Assembly (NCBI GenBank): GCA_963843845.1
Contig: CAWJMB010000002.1
Location: 1,792,001-1,856,000, forward strand
From: an uncultured Gemmatimonadaceae bacterium
GTDB taxonomy: Bacteria > Gemmatimonadota > Gemmatimonadetes > Gemmatimonadales > Gemmatimonadaceae
Reading direction: 5' to 3'
Length of the DNA: 64,000 bases
The notes beneath the pieces are model-generated. The model searched no databases. It saw nothing but the letters and a program-made list of their open reading frames with translations, and had not been told where the DNA came from. The position numbers were made by a program, and so were the translations under genes. The first letter of the stretch is position 1; each line of letters opens with the position of its first letter. This document shows positions 9,083-18,115 of this stretch, piece by piece.

Positions 9083-11797
9083 ATGACAGCGCAGGCGACC
9101 GACGCGCTCGACTCGCTCGTCCGGCGAACCGATCCGGCGGACCCCGGCGCGCAGAACAACCTCGGCGTCGCGCTGCTCGCGCGCGGCGATCGGGACCGCG
9201 CCGCCGCGGCGTTCTCGCGCGCGCTCGCGCTCGACCCGCGGATGACGCTCGCGCGCCGCAACCTCGACGCGGTCGACGGCCCGGCGCGGCGATCGCAGCG
9301 GATCGAGGCGCTGCGGGGCCGCCTTCGAGTCGACGCGGGGGACGTCGCCGCACGACGCGAGCTGGCCGAGCAGCTCGTCGACGCGGGCGACGTGCACGCC
9401 GCGCGGCGCGAGCTCGACGCGCTCGCGCGACGGGCGCCGGACGACCTGGCCACCTTCGTTCACGGCGCGCTGTGCGAGGAACGGCTCGGCGATCTCGACG
9501 CCGCGGAGGCGAGGCTGTGTGCCGCGCTCGCGCTCGGTCCCGATACGGTGGTGCCCCGCCTGCTGCTCGGCGAGCTGCACTACAAGCGCGGCCAGCCGGA
9601 ACGTGCGATCGTCGTGCTCGATGAGGCATGCGCGCTGGCGCCGGATTTCGCCGAGGCCCACTACGCACGCGGATTCGTGCTCGGCGAGCTGGGGCGAATC
9701 GACGAAGCCCACGACGCCCGCGAACGCGCCGTCGCGCTCAACACGGCACTCGGCCGCTCGGCGACGAACCTCGTCGTCGCGCCGACCGGACAGGCGACGC
9801 GGGCGCCGGTCTCGGCGGATGACGTTCCAGGGCTCCACGAGCAGACACACCTCGCGCTCGGCGGGGCATTCCGCGCGAAGGGCCTCCTGCAGGAGAGCAT
9901 CCGCGAGTATCGGCGCGCCGTGAGCGACGCTGCGTCTCGTGCGGTGGCGACCCGCGCGCTCGCGGAGCTGTATCTGCTGACCGGCGAGCTGGCCGCAGCG
10001 ACCGCCCAGTGGGCGACGCTGACCGCGATGTGCGACGACGACGCGAGCGCATGGCACGGGTCCGCGGTCACCGCGCACCTGTGCGGCGATCTCGAGACGG
10101 CCGACGCGGCCTACGGTCGCGCCGCTCAGCGCGCGACGAGGGCGCCGCACGTGGCCGACGCCGCGGATGTGCCCGGCGCCGCGCCGCATGCGACGGCCCT
10201 CGTCGCGATCGCGAACGACCACGCCGTGCTCTGGGCGGCGCGCGGCGACGTCGCGGCGGCGGTCGAGCGGCTGCGAGCCGTCGTGAGCGATCACGCTCCG
10301 CCCAACGTGGTACGCCTGAACTACGCGCAGCTCCTCGCCGTGAGCGGTGACACGACCGGTGCGCTCGCGCAGTATCGTGCCGCCGTCGAGGGCGATCCGC
10401 GCGACGCGGACGCGTGGGCCGCGCTCGGGTCGTCGCTCGCGCGCCTCGGGCGCGGCGCGGAGGCGCGCGTGGCACTCTCGCGCGCGCTCGACGTCGACCC
10501 GGAGCGGGCCGACGTCCGCTACGAGCTCGGGTTCCTCGCGGAAGGAGCGGGCGAGCACGGGACCGCGCTGCGCCAGGCCGAATCGGGAATGGCGCGCAGC
10601 GCGTACGTCGAGCGGCGTGCGCTCCGTCTCGCGATCAGCCTCGGCGGCGCCGCACTCGACGAGCGGGTGTTCGCCGCCGTCGACGATCGCCCCTTCGCCG
10701 CGCAGGCGCTGAGCGACGCGACAATCGACGCGCTGTTAGGCGGTGCGCTCGCACCGGACCGATCGCTCGCTTCCGCGCGCGATGCGGGGGGTGTCGTCGA
10801 TCGCTACGCGGTCGCGCGGGAGTTGCTGCGCGCGGGCATGCATCAACGCGCGATCGGCGTCGCGAGCGCCGCGCTCGCACAGGGTGCCGACCGCGTCGCC
10901 GGCCTCGTCCTGCTCGGCGATGCGTTCGCGTCGCAGGGATACTTCGGCGAGGCGCTGGAGCGCTACGCTGATGCACGGGCGGCGGATGGCACCTCGCGCG
11001 ACGCCCGCGTCGGCGAACTGCGCATGCTTCGCGAGACCGGCCGTCGCGACGAGGCGCTCACCGCGGCCGAGGCGCTCGTCGCCGCGCTCGGCGAGGCAGC
11101 GTGTACGGCCGATGCTAGCGAGCTCGCGCTGTGCTCCCTCGCGCATGCCGATGCGGGCGATGAGGCGACCGCGCGCGGTCTGCTCCGCCGCGCGTGCGCG
11201 CTCGCGGCGCGCGCCGGCGACTGGGCGACGATAGGCGCCGGCTGGCGCGCACTCGGCGATCACCGTCGCGAGGCGGCGGCGTACGCGACGGCGTGTCGAA
11301 CAGGAGACGCCGACGCATCGCTGCGGCTGGCGTGCGCGCGCGCCTGGCGCGCGGCAGGCTTCGACGACGAGGCGACGACCGTCCTCGCGGCGCTCGCGGC
11401 CGACGGGGACCCGTCGGCGCGACTCGAGCTCGCGGAGGTGCACACCGCGGCGGGGAATCCAGCGTCCGCGCGCAGCCTCCTCGCCGACCTCCTGAGTGGC
11501 GACCCGACACACGTCGACGCGCTCGCGGCGCTCGGCGCGCTGCTGTGCGACGAGCGGCGGTACGACGACGCGCGACGCGCGGTCGCTCGCGCGCTCCGCC
11601 TCGACCGGTCGCACGCGCTCGCCCTCGCGGTCGACGGCGATCTCCTCGCGAGCGCGGGGCGCGTCGAGCAGGCGCGAGGTCGCTGGCGCCAGGCCGTCGA
11701 CCTCGAACCCGCGTCGATCGGTGGCGCGCGCGCCCGCACCGCACTCGCTCGCCAGGACGCCGCACGACGCGACGAGTGTCGCCAGGAGGCCGCATGA
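9083..11797 (+). CDS. Large multi-TPR protein (~900 aa)
   Basis: Repeated TPR signatures (AQNNLGVALL..ALALDP, AHYARGFVLGELG, AWAALGSSL..ALDVDP); no signal peptide evident. Confidence 0.85.
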   Translation: MTAQATDALDSLVRRTDPADPGAQNNLGVALLARGDRDRAAAAFSRALALDPRMTLARRNLDAVDGPARRSQRIEALRGRLRVDAGDVAARRELAEQLVDAGDVHAARRELDALARRAPDDLATFVHGALCEERLGDLDAAEARLCAALALGPDTVVPRLLLGELHYKRGQPERAIVVLDEACALAPDFAEAHYARGFVLGELGRIDEAHDARERAVALNTALGRSATNLVVAPTGQATRAPVSADDVPGLHEQTHLALGGAFRAKGLLQESIREYRRAVSDAASRAVATRALAELYLLTGELAAATAQWATLTAMCDDDASAWHGSAVTAHLCGDLETADAAYGRAAQRATRAPHVADAADVPGAAPHATALVAIANDHAVLWAARGDVAAAVERLRAVVSDHAPPNVVRLNYAQLLAVSGDTTGALAQYRAAVEGDPRDADAWAALGSSLARLGRGAEARVALSRALDVDPERADVRYELGFLAEGAGEHGTALRQAESGMARSAYVERRALRLAISLGGAALDERVFAAVDDRPFAAQALSDATIDALLGGALAPDRSLASARDAGGVVDRYAVARELLRAGMHQRAIGVASAALAQGADRVAGLVLLGDAFASQGYFGEALERYADARAADGTSRDARVGELRMLRETGRRDEALTAAEALVAALGEAACTADASELALCSLAHADAGDEATARGLLRRACALAARAGDWATIGAGWRALGDHRREAAAYATACRTGDADASLRLACARAWRAAGFDDEATTVLAALAADGDPSARLELAEVHTAAGNPASARSLLADLLSGDPTHVDALAALGALLCDERRYDDARRAVARALRLDRSHALALAVDGDLLASAGRVEQARGRWRQAVDLEPASIGGARARTALARQDAARRDECRQEAA

Positions 11798-12474
11798 CGG
11801 CGACGCGCGACAGCGCGGACGGTTCGAGCGCGCCGGACACGCTCATCGAAGGCTCGTTGCGGGACGTCCCGTTGGCGGATGTTCTGCAGTTGCTCGCCCG
11901 CGGCCGGCGAGACGTCGAGGTGAGGGTCGCGCACGGCACGTCGGCGGCGCGCGGCGTCGTGCTGTTGCGACGCGGCCGCGTCGTCGGCGCCGAGTTGCGC
12001 ACGCCGTCGTGGACGGAGCGCGACGTCACGGCCGTCGCGATGGAGCTGCTCCGCTGGACGAGCGGCCGCGTTCATGCGCAGCCCGCGACGTGCGCCGAGA
12101 CGGACGACGGCGCGGTGACGATGACCGTCGACGCACTGCTTCTCGACGCCGCGCACGCCGCCGACGAGTGGGCACGCCTCGGCGATCGAGTCACTGACGC
12201 CTCGGCCACGCCGACGCTGCGCGCGACGGCCGCACACGCCGCGATCGCATGGTCGCCGCTCGAGTGGCAGGTCGTCGCGTACGCCGACGGTGCACGCGAC
12301 CTCCGCGGGATCGCCGGATGCGCGGGCGTTCACGTGCTCGACGTCGCGCGCGCGGTGTACCGGTTGATCGGCGACGGCGTGCTCGTCCTCGTGGGCCCGG
12401 CGTCGCCTGACGAGATCCCTGGACCGAACGGGGCGACCGTGCCGTGTGGCGGCGCTGCGTCGTCTGCTAGCTGA
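11794..12474 (+). CDS. DUF4388 (PatA-N-like) domain protein with winged-helix-like tail
   Basis: IEGSLRDVPLADVLQLL..G, LLRWTSGR, LLLDAAHAADEW, EWQVVAYADGARDL; GGAGG upstream of ATG. Confidence 0.75.
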   Translation: MTATRDSADGSSAPDTLIEGSLRDVPLADVLQLLARGRRDVEVRVAHGTSAARGVVLLRRGRVVGAELRTPSWTERDVTAVAMELLRWTSGRVHAQPATCAETDDGAVTMTVDALLLDAAHAADEWARLGDRVTDASATPTLRATAAHAAIAWSPLEWQVVAYADGARDLRGIAGCAGVHVLDVARAVYRLIGDGVLVLVGPASPDEIPGPNGATVPCGGAASSAS

Positions 12475-12487
12475 CCGGAGACGCTCA

Positions 12488-13090
12488 GTGCCCCTCGTCA
12501 ACTACGTCACGCGCGAGATCACCTGCAAGATCGTCTACTACGGGCCGGGACGGTCCGGGAAGACGACGAACTTGCGTTGCATTCACGGACAGCTCCCGGC
12601 GGATCGCGCAGGGCGCATGGTCTCGCTCGCGACCGAGGGGGACCGCACGCTGTTCTTCGACTTCCTCCCCGTCGACCTCGGCGTCGTCGCCGGGTTCGCG
12701 ACGCGCTTCCAGCTGTACACCGTGCCCGGTCAGTCGTACTACGCGGCGACGCGGCGGCTCGTCCTCCAGGGCGCCGACGCCGTGGTGTTCGTCGCCGACA
12801 GCCGCCGCCGTCAGCTCGACGAGAACGTCGAGAGCTTCCAGGATCTGCACGAACACCTCGCTTCCTACGGCGTCGACCCGCGCGAGGTGCCGCTCGTGCT
12901 GCAATACAACAAGCAGGACCTGCCGCGCGAGATCGCCGCCGATCCGGCGGAGCTCGCGGAGCTGCTGAACTTCCGGGGCGTCCCCGAGTACGCGTCCGAC
13001 GCATCTCGCGGCACCAACGTCTTCGAGACGATGCGCGCGGCGTGCGGTGCCGTGCTGCGCCGGCTGGCGAAGCCCGCGCAGGCCGCCTGA
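12488..13090 (+). CDS. mglA: MglA-family small Ras-like GTPase
   Basis: NY..REITCKIVYYGPGRSGKTTNL, DRTLFFDFLP, QLYTVPGQ, YNKQDLP. Confidence 0.95.
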   Translation: MPLVNYVTREITCKIVYYGPGRSGKTTNLRCIHGQLPADRAGRMVSLATEGDRTLFFDFLPVDLGVVAGFATRFQLYTVPGQSYYAATRRLVLQGADAVVFVADSRRRQLDENVESFQDLHEHLASYGVDPREVPLVLQYNKQDLPREIAADPAELAELLNFRGVPEYASDASRGTNVFETMRAACGAVLRRLAKPAQAA

Positions 13091-13092
13091 CG

Positions 13093-13542
13093 ATGTCGGC
13101 CGTGGCCGCGCTCGGCGCGCGAGACGTCGCCGTCGACTTCTCCGGGTTCGTCGACGAGATCGCGCGCGAGCTCACCGCGTCGGTCGCGACGTGGCGCGTG
13201 CGGATCGGCGAGGCGGCGGCCCACTGGAGCGCCGCCGGAATGGACGTGCGTGTGCTCGAGCGCGCGCTCCGCCTCGCGACGCCCCCCGACGTCGACGCGC
13301 TGCTCGCGACCTACGACTCCGCAGCCGCGCGCTGCCAGGCCCTCGCCGCTGCCGTCGCCGAGTCCGACGCGGCGCTCGCGCGACACCCGGCGTTCAGCGA
13401 CCCGGCGCGCCTGGCGGAGGCCGAGGTGCTGGCGGCCCGCGCCGCGTCGTCGGCAGCGTCACCCGCGTCCATCGTCGACCCGGAGAGCTGGGTCGTCGAA
13501 TGGCCGTACGTGGCCGACTTCCTGATCGACGAGTGGAGCTGA
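13093..13542 (+). CDS. Hypothetical helical protein (~149 aa)
   Basis: ATG 2 nt after mglA stop, host-like codon usage, ends WVVEWPYVADFLIDEWS 6 nt before next gene. Confidence 0.65.
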   Translation: MSAVAALGARDVAVDFSGFVDEIARELTASVATWRVRIGEAAAHWSAAGMDVRVLERALRLATPPDVDALLATYDSAAARCQALAAAVAESDAALARHPAFSDPARLAEAEVLAARAASSAASPASIVDPESWVVEWPYVADFLIDEWS

Positions 13543-13548
13543 GGCGAG

Positions 13549-15051
13549 ATGGCGATTCGCGGCACACTCGCCGAGGCGGGACTCGCCGAGGTCCTGCAGC
13601 TCCTCGCCCTTGGCCAGAAGCGTGGATGCCTGCATGCGGCGCGCGCGGACGACTGCGGCGTCGTGTACCTCGACGAAGGTCGCATTACGCATGCCTCGCT
13701 CGCCCGTCGTCCGAACGCGGCGGTCGACGAGGCGGTGTTCGAGCTGCTGACGTGGACGCGCGGCTCGTTCCGGTTCGAGCCCGACGTGCGGGCGGGCGAC
13801 GCGACCGCGCTCGTCTCGCTCGACGTGCCGGGGCTGCTCATGGAGGGCGCGCGGCGGAGCGATGAGCAGGCGCGGATCGACACGCGCGTCGGTGGCGACG
13901 ACAGCATCTACGCGTTCACCGAGCGCGCGCCGTGCACGCCGGCCGGCGCGCTCGACGTCGAGCGCGTGGCGTGGGGAGACGCCGTGCTCTCGGCGAGCGA
14001 GCGCACCGTGGCGGCCGCGATCGACGGTCGCCGCGACGTCGCCGCCATCGCGGACGCGACGGCGGTCGGGAACTTCGCGGTGCGGCGCACGCTGTTCGTC
14101 CTCGCGGAGCTGGGGCTGGTCGAAGCGGTAGGCACGTCGGTCCCGCGCACGGTCCGCGACGCGTCGCGTGTCCTCGAGCACCGCAACCTCGGTGTGGCGT
14201 TCTACCGCGCGGGGCTGCTCGACGAAGCGGCGCGAGAGTTCCGGCGCGTCCTCGCGCTCCTCCCCGGCGACGTTCACGCGCAGTATTTCGTCGGCGCGAT
14301 CGCGCTGCGTGCCGGCGACGGTGCGACCGCGGTCCGCACGCTGACGGCGGCCGCGGCCGCGCCGGGCGCGCACGGCGCGGTCTTCCAAGCGCTCGCCGCC
14401 GCACACGCCGCCGCCGGCCACGTCGGCGCGGCCCACGCGGCGCTCGACGAGGCGGAGCGACGCGGGCTCGCCAGTCACCCGCGGCTCCGTGCGCTCCGCG
14501 CCTCGCTGCTGTTGCGGACCAACGATCTCGGCGGCGCGCGCGGCGCCCTCGGCGACGACGACGCTCGGCCGATGCCCGCTGTCTGGCACCATTACGCCGC
14601 GCTCGCCGCGGCCCGCCGCGGCGACCCGCGCGCCGCGGGCGGCGCGTTGATCGCCGCACACGGGGCCGCTCCGCGCGCCGCGCCGGTCCTCGCGAACCTC
14701 GCCGCGCTCGCCGTCCACACCGGCGCGCTCGACTCCGCGCTCGACTGGGCCGCGCGTGCGCTGGACGAGGACGCGTCGCTCGCCCCGGCGCACAAGACGG
14801 TCGGGGACGTCCACTACCGCGTCGGCCGACACCGCGATGCGGCGATGGCCTTCGAGCGGGCGCTCGCCCTCGCGCCGGCGCTCGGTGCGGAGAGCTGGCT
14901 CCGGCTCGGCAACGTGCGGCTGCGCGACGGGGATCGGCGAGCGGCGGTCGCCGCCTGGCGTCAGGCGGTCACGCTGCGCCCGGATCACGCCATCGCGCGG
15001 GCGAACCTCGAGAGCGTCGAGCGCGACGGCGCGGGTGCGCAGCCGCTATGA
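13549..15051 (+). CDS. DUF4388 domain + TPR repeat protein
   Basis: MAIRGTLAEAGLAEVLQLLALGQKRG, FELLTWTRGSFRF, LLMEGARRSDE, then TPRs (HRNLGVAFYRAG, WLRLGNVRL). Confidence 0.82.
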   Translation: MAIRGTLAEAGLAEVLQLLALGQKRGCLHAARADDCGVVYLDEGRITHASLARRPNAAVDEAVFELLTWTRGSFRFEPDVRAGDATALVSLDVPGLLMEGARRSDEQARIDTRVGGDDSIYAFTERAPCTPAGALDVERVAWGDAVLSASERTVAAAIDGRRDVAAIADATAVGNFAVRRTLFVLAELGLVEAVGTSVPRTVRDASRVLEHRNLGVAFYRAGLLDEAAREFRRVLALLPGDVHAQYFVGAIALRAGDGATAVRTLTAAAAAPGAHGAVFQALAAAHAAAGHVGAAHAALDEAERRGLASHPRLRALRASLLLRTNDLGGARGALGDDDARPMPAVWHHYAALAAARRGDPRAAGGALIAAHGAAPRAAPVLANLAALAVHTGALDSALDWAARALDEDASLAPAHKTVGDVHYRVGRHRDAAMAFERALALAPALGAESWLRLGNVRLRDGDRRAAVAAWRQAVTLRPDHAIARANLESVERDGAGAQPL

Positions 15052-15917
15052 TCGGGCATGCCGACTCGCCGACGCGAACCCATCTCCGCGTGACGCTGCC
15101 GTACGAGACCCCCGACCCCGAAGGGTTCGTGCGCCTGCTCGACAAGGTCACGCGCGAGCGCGGCTTCCGATGCGCGAGCTACAAGGAACGCTGCCTCCGC
15201 CGCCGCATCGCGGTCCGCATGCGCGCGAAGGCGGTGCACACGTTCGACGACTACGCGTCGGTGCTCGACGCCGACCCGAACGAGTACGACCGGCTGCTGG
15301 ACGCGCTGACCATCAACGTCACCAAGCTGTTCCGCAACTGGGAGGCGTGGAGCGCGCTCGCCGAGCGGGCGATCCCCGCGCTCTGGACGTCGACGGGTGG
15401 CGCCGTTCGCGCGTGGAGCGCGGGCTCGTCGTCAGGCGAGGAGGCGTATTCGATCGCCGCACTGCTCCACCGCCACGCCGAACGCGTCGGCCAGCTCGAG
15501 CGGCTGTCGAGAGCGCATGTGTTGGGCACCGACATCGATCGCGCGGTGCTCGCGGCGGCGCGCGGGGGCGCCTACGCGGACGCCGCCTTCGCGGACACGC
15601 CGCCCGACCTCCGCGAGCGATACTTCACGTCCGGGTTTCCGGCGAGCGTCGTCGAAGACCTGCGGCCGATCGTCTCGTTCGAGCGTCGGGACCTCCTTCG
15701 TGAGCCGCCGCCGCCCGGGCGGTGGGATCTGATCGCGTGCCGCAACGTCGTGATCTACTTCGACCGCGAGACGCAGGACGCGCTGTTCCACCGCCTGCAC
15801 GCGGCGCTCGTACCGGGCGGCGTGCTGTTCCTCGGGAAAGTCGAGACGCTGCTCGGCGAGCTGCGGCAGCTGTTCGAGCCGATCGATGCGCGCGAGCGGA
15901 TCTTCCGCCGCGTCTGA
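15048..15917 (+). CDS. cheR: CheR-type protein-glutamate O-methyltransferase
   Basis: YKERCLRRRI, LTINVTKLFRN, WSAGSSSGEEAYS, GTDID, DLIACRNVVIYFD, LFLGKVE. Confidence 0.95.
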   Translation: MIGHADSPTRTHLRVTLPYETPDPEGFVRLLDKVTRERGFRCASYKERCLRRRIAVRMRAKAVHTFDDYASVLDADPNEYDRLLDALTINVTKLFRNWEAWSALAERAIPALWTSTGGAVRAWSAGSSSGEEAYSIAALLHRHAERVGQLERLSRAHVLGTDIDRAVLAAARGGAYADAAFADTPPDLRERYFTSGFPASVVEDLRPIVSFERRDLLREPPPPGRWDLIACRNVVIYFDRETQDALFHRLHAALVPGGVLFLGKVETLLGELRQLFEPIDARERIFRRV

Positions 15918-15932
15918 GATGACGCGCGGCGC

Positions 15933-16832
15933 ATGACCGAGCCCGCCACCCACCTCGCCTCCCGGATCGCGGAGCTCGAGGCGACGCTCGAGCGGCGCGT
16001 CGGCGAGCGCAGCGCGGCAGTCGGCGAGAACGAGCGCACGGCGCTGAAGCAGACGATCGTCGCGCTCATCCGCGATGCGGACGGCGAGGCGCAACGCGCG
16101 GTCGCGCTGCAGGCGGCGGCCCGCGCCCTCGCCGCCAAGTGGAAGCAGCTTCCGGCGTCGCCCGCCGCCGAGCCGCCGGCCGCGCCGGCGCCCCTCACCG
16201 AACGCGTCGATCACCTGGGCGCGTCGACGTTCGTGGCGAAAGGGTGGAGCGCGATCTCGCGCGGCGACTACGAGGCCGCGGAGCGATCGCTCGAGCAGGC
16301 GCTCCGACTCGCTCCGGAGGATCTCGAGGCGAGGACGCTCTGCGGGTGGGCGCTCATGGGGCAGGCACGCTACGACGACGCCCTCGTCGCGTTGAACGCG
16401 GTGCTCGCGCGCGCGCCGCAGCACGAACTGGCGCGCGCGAACGTCGGCTACGTCTGCCTGCGGAAAGGGATCTACGGTGAGGCGATCGAGCATCTCGCGA
16501 CGGCCGCACGCGGGGCGGACCGCAAGGCGGTGTTGTACGCGACGCATTACCTCGGGCTCGTGTACCTGCACCGCGAGATGTTCGACGATGCGGCCGGATG
16601 CTTTCGCCGCGCGCTCGCGCTCGGCCCGAACCTCCACGAGGCGAGCTACGAGCTGGGGCGCGCGCTCTGGTTCGCCGGTGATCGCGACGGCGCGATCGCG
16701 ACGTGGCGCGGCGCGGCGTCGTCGGGCAAGTTCAACGAATGGGCTCGGCGGTGTGGCGAACGGGACGAGGCGGCGATGCGTGGCGAGGGACCGCCCGCCG
16801 TGGGAGAGGGGCTGCGCCACGCATCCGTCTGA
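15933..16832 (+). CDS. TPR repeat protein with N-terminal coiled coil
   Basis: TPR motifs (LEQALRLAP, ARANVGYVCL, YLGLVYL..ALALGP). Confidence 0.82.
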   Translation: MTEPATHLASRIAELEATLERRVGERSAAVGENERTALKQTIVALIRDADGEAQRAVALQAAARALAAKWKQLPASPAAEPPAAPAPLTERVDHLGASTFVAKGWSAISRGDYEAAERSLEQALRLAPEDLEARTLCGWALMGQARYDDALVALNAVLARAPQHELARANVGYVCLRKGIYGEAIEHLATAARGADRKAVLYATHYLGLVYLHREMFDDAAGCFRRALALGPNLHEASYELGRALWFAGDRDGAIATWRGAASSGKFNEWARRCGERDEAAMRGEGPPAVGEGLRHASV

Positions 16833-17848
16833 GCGGAGGCTGGGCGCGCCGCTGCCTGACGTCGCTCGCGGTCGCGGCGGCCCTCACCCACGCGCCGGGC
16901 ATCGCTGCCGCGACCGCCGCCGCGCAGCCGCCCGAGCCGAGTGGGGCCGTGCGTCTCGACTCGGGGCGCTTCACGATCGTCGCGTATCCGAGCGACCGAA
17001 CGCTCGCCCGAACGCTGCTGGTCGAGGCGGTGCGACGTGACACCTTTCCCGGCCTTCCGCGTCCGAGCGCGCACGTCCTCGTCGCGGTCGCGCCCGACGC
17101 AGCGCGGTTCCGCGCCTGGGTCGGCCCGCGGGCGCCCGAATGGGGCGCGGCGATCGCGTTCCCAGGGCTGAGCCGCATCGTGATGCAGGGGCGCGCCGCC
17201 GGCTCCGACGCCGGCGACCCGGTGCGCGTGCTTCGTCACGAGCTGGCGCACCTCGCGCTGCACGAGCACCTCGGCGACCTCCCGCCACGCTGGTTCGACG
17301 AAGGCTACGCGGGATACGCGGCCGGCGAGTGGGGGCGCGACGAGTCGCTGGCGACGAACGTCGCGCTGCTCGTGGGCGGCGTGCCGTCGCTCGACTCGCT
17401 CGAGTCGGGGTTCTACCGCGGCGCACTGACGGCCGAGCAGAGCTACGCCCTCGCGTACCGCGCGGTATCGGACCTCGCCTCGCTCGACGAGCGGCGGGGG
17501 CTGACGCTGTTCTTTCGGTACTGGCGCGAGACGCAGCGGTTCGACACCGCGGTGCGGAGCGCCTACGGCACGACCGCCGGCGCCTACGAACGGCTCTGGC
17601 AGGAGCGAACGCGCCGCCGCTATGGCGCGCTCGCCCTCGTGGCGAACTTCGGGCTGGCGTCGACGCTGTTCGCCGCCCTCTTCGCGCCGCTGTGGCTGAC
17701 CCGGCGGCGCCGCACCCGCGAACGGCTGGAGGCGCTCCGGCGCGCGGACGCGGCTGCCGAGCGCGCCGAGCGAGAGAGCGCGCTCGCGCTCCTCGTCGGC
17801 ACGCCCGATCCGGCCGCGGCGGATCGTGACTCGCGGCAACTGGATTAG
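16829..17848 (+). CDS. Exported HExxH (MA-clan metallopeptidase-like) protein with C-terminal TM helix; start uncertain
   Basis: Signal-like hydrophobic N-terminus, LRHELAHLAL, PRWFDEGYA, hydrophobic helix followed by Arg-rich tail. Confidence 0.72.
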   Translation: MSGGWARRCLTSLAVAAALTHAPGIAAATAAAQPPEPSGAVRLDSGRFTIVAYPSDRTLARTLLVEAVRRDTFPGLPRPSAHVLVAVAPDAARFRAWVGPRAPEWGAAIAFPGLSRIVMQGRAAGSDAGDPVRVLRHELAHLALHEHLGDLPPRWFDEGYAGYAAGEWGRDESLATNVALLVGGVPSLDSLESGFYRGALTAEQSYALAYRAVSDLASLDERRGLTLFFRYWRETQRFDTAVRSAYGTTAGAYERLWQERTRRRYGALALVANFGLASTLFAALFAPLWLTRRRRTRERLEALRRADAAAERAERESALALLVGTPDPAAADRDSRQLD

Positions 17849-17885
17849 CGATTGATTAAAGTCCCGACCGTCGCATCGCCTTCCG

Positions 17886-17914
17886 TTGACACGGTTTTCG
17901 TCTCTTCCTAGTGT
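17886..17914 (+). promoter_or_regulatory. Sigma70-type promoter
   Basis: TTGACA (17886-17891), 17 nt, TAGTGT (17909-17914). Confidence 0.7.
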
Positions 17915-17920
17915 AGGACC

Positions 17921-18091
17921 ATGGCTTCGACCGTTGCCGGGACCCGCGCGCGTCCGTACCTCTGGTGGCTCGTCGCATTCGTCGTGCTGCTCGCGGGGTA
18001 TGCAGACCTGTGGCGAGGAGGCACCACGCTCGCGCCGCTGTTGCTCGTGCTCGGGTACTGCGTGTTCGTTCCGCTCGCGATCTTGAAGTGA
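17921..18091 (+). CDS. 56-aa two-TM small membrane protein, DUF3098-like (absent from ORF track)
   Basis: MASTVAGTRARPYLWWLVAFVVLLAGYADLWRGGTTLAPLLLVLGYCVFVPLAILK; directly behind a consensus promoter. Confidence 0.7.
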   Translation: MASTVAGTRARPYLWWLVAFVVLLAGYADLWRGGTTLAPLLLVLGYCVFVPLAILK

Positions 18092-18115
18092 GCGTTCGCT
18101 GATCGTCGAACGCGC

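Noticed and set aside
13932..15917. 661-aa CheR with a long N-terminal extension
   Set aside because: The extension is the off-frame shadow of the upstream TPR gene; the likely start is 15048
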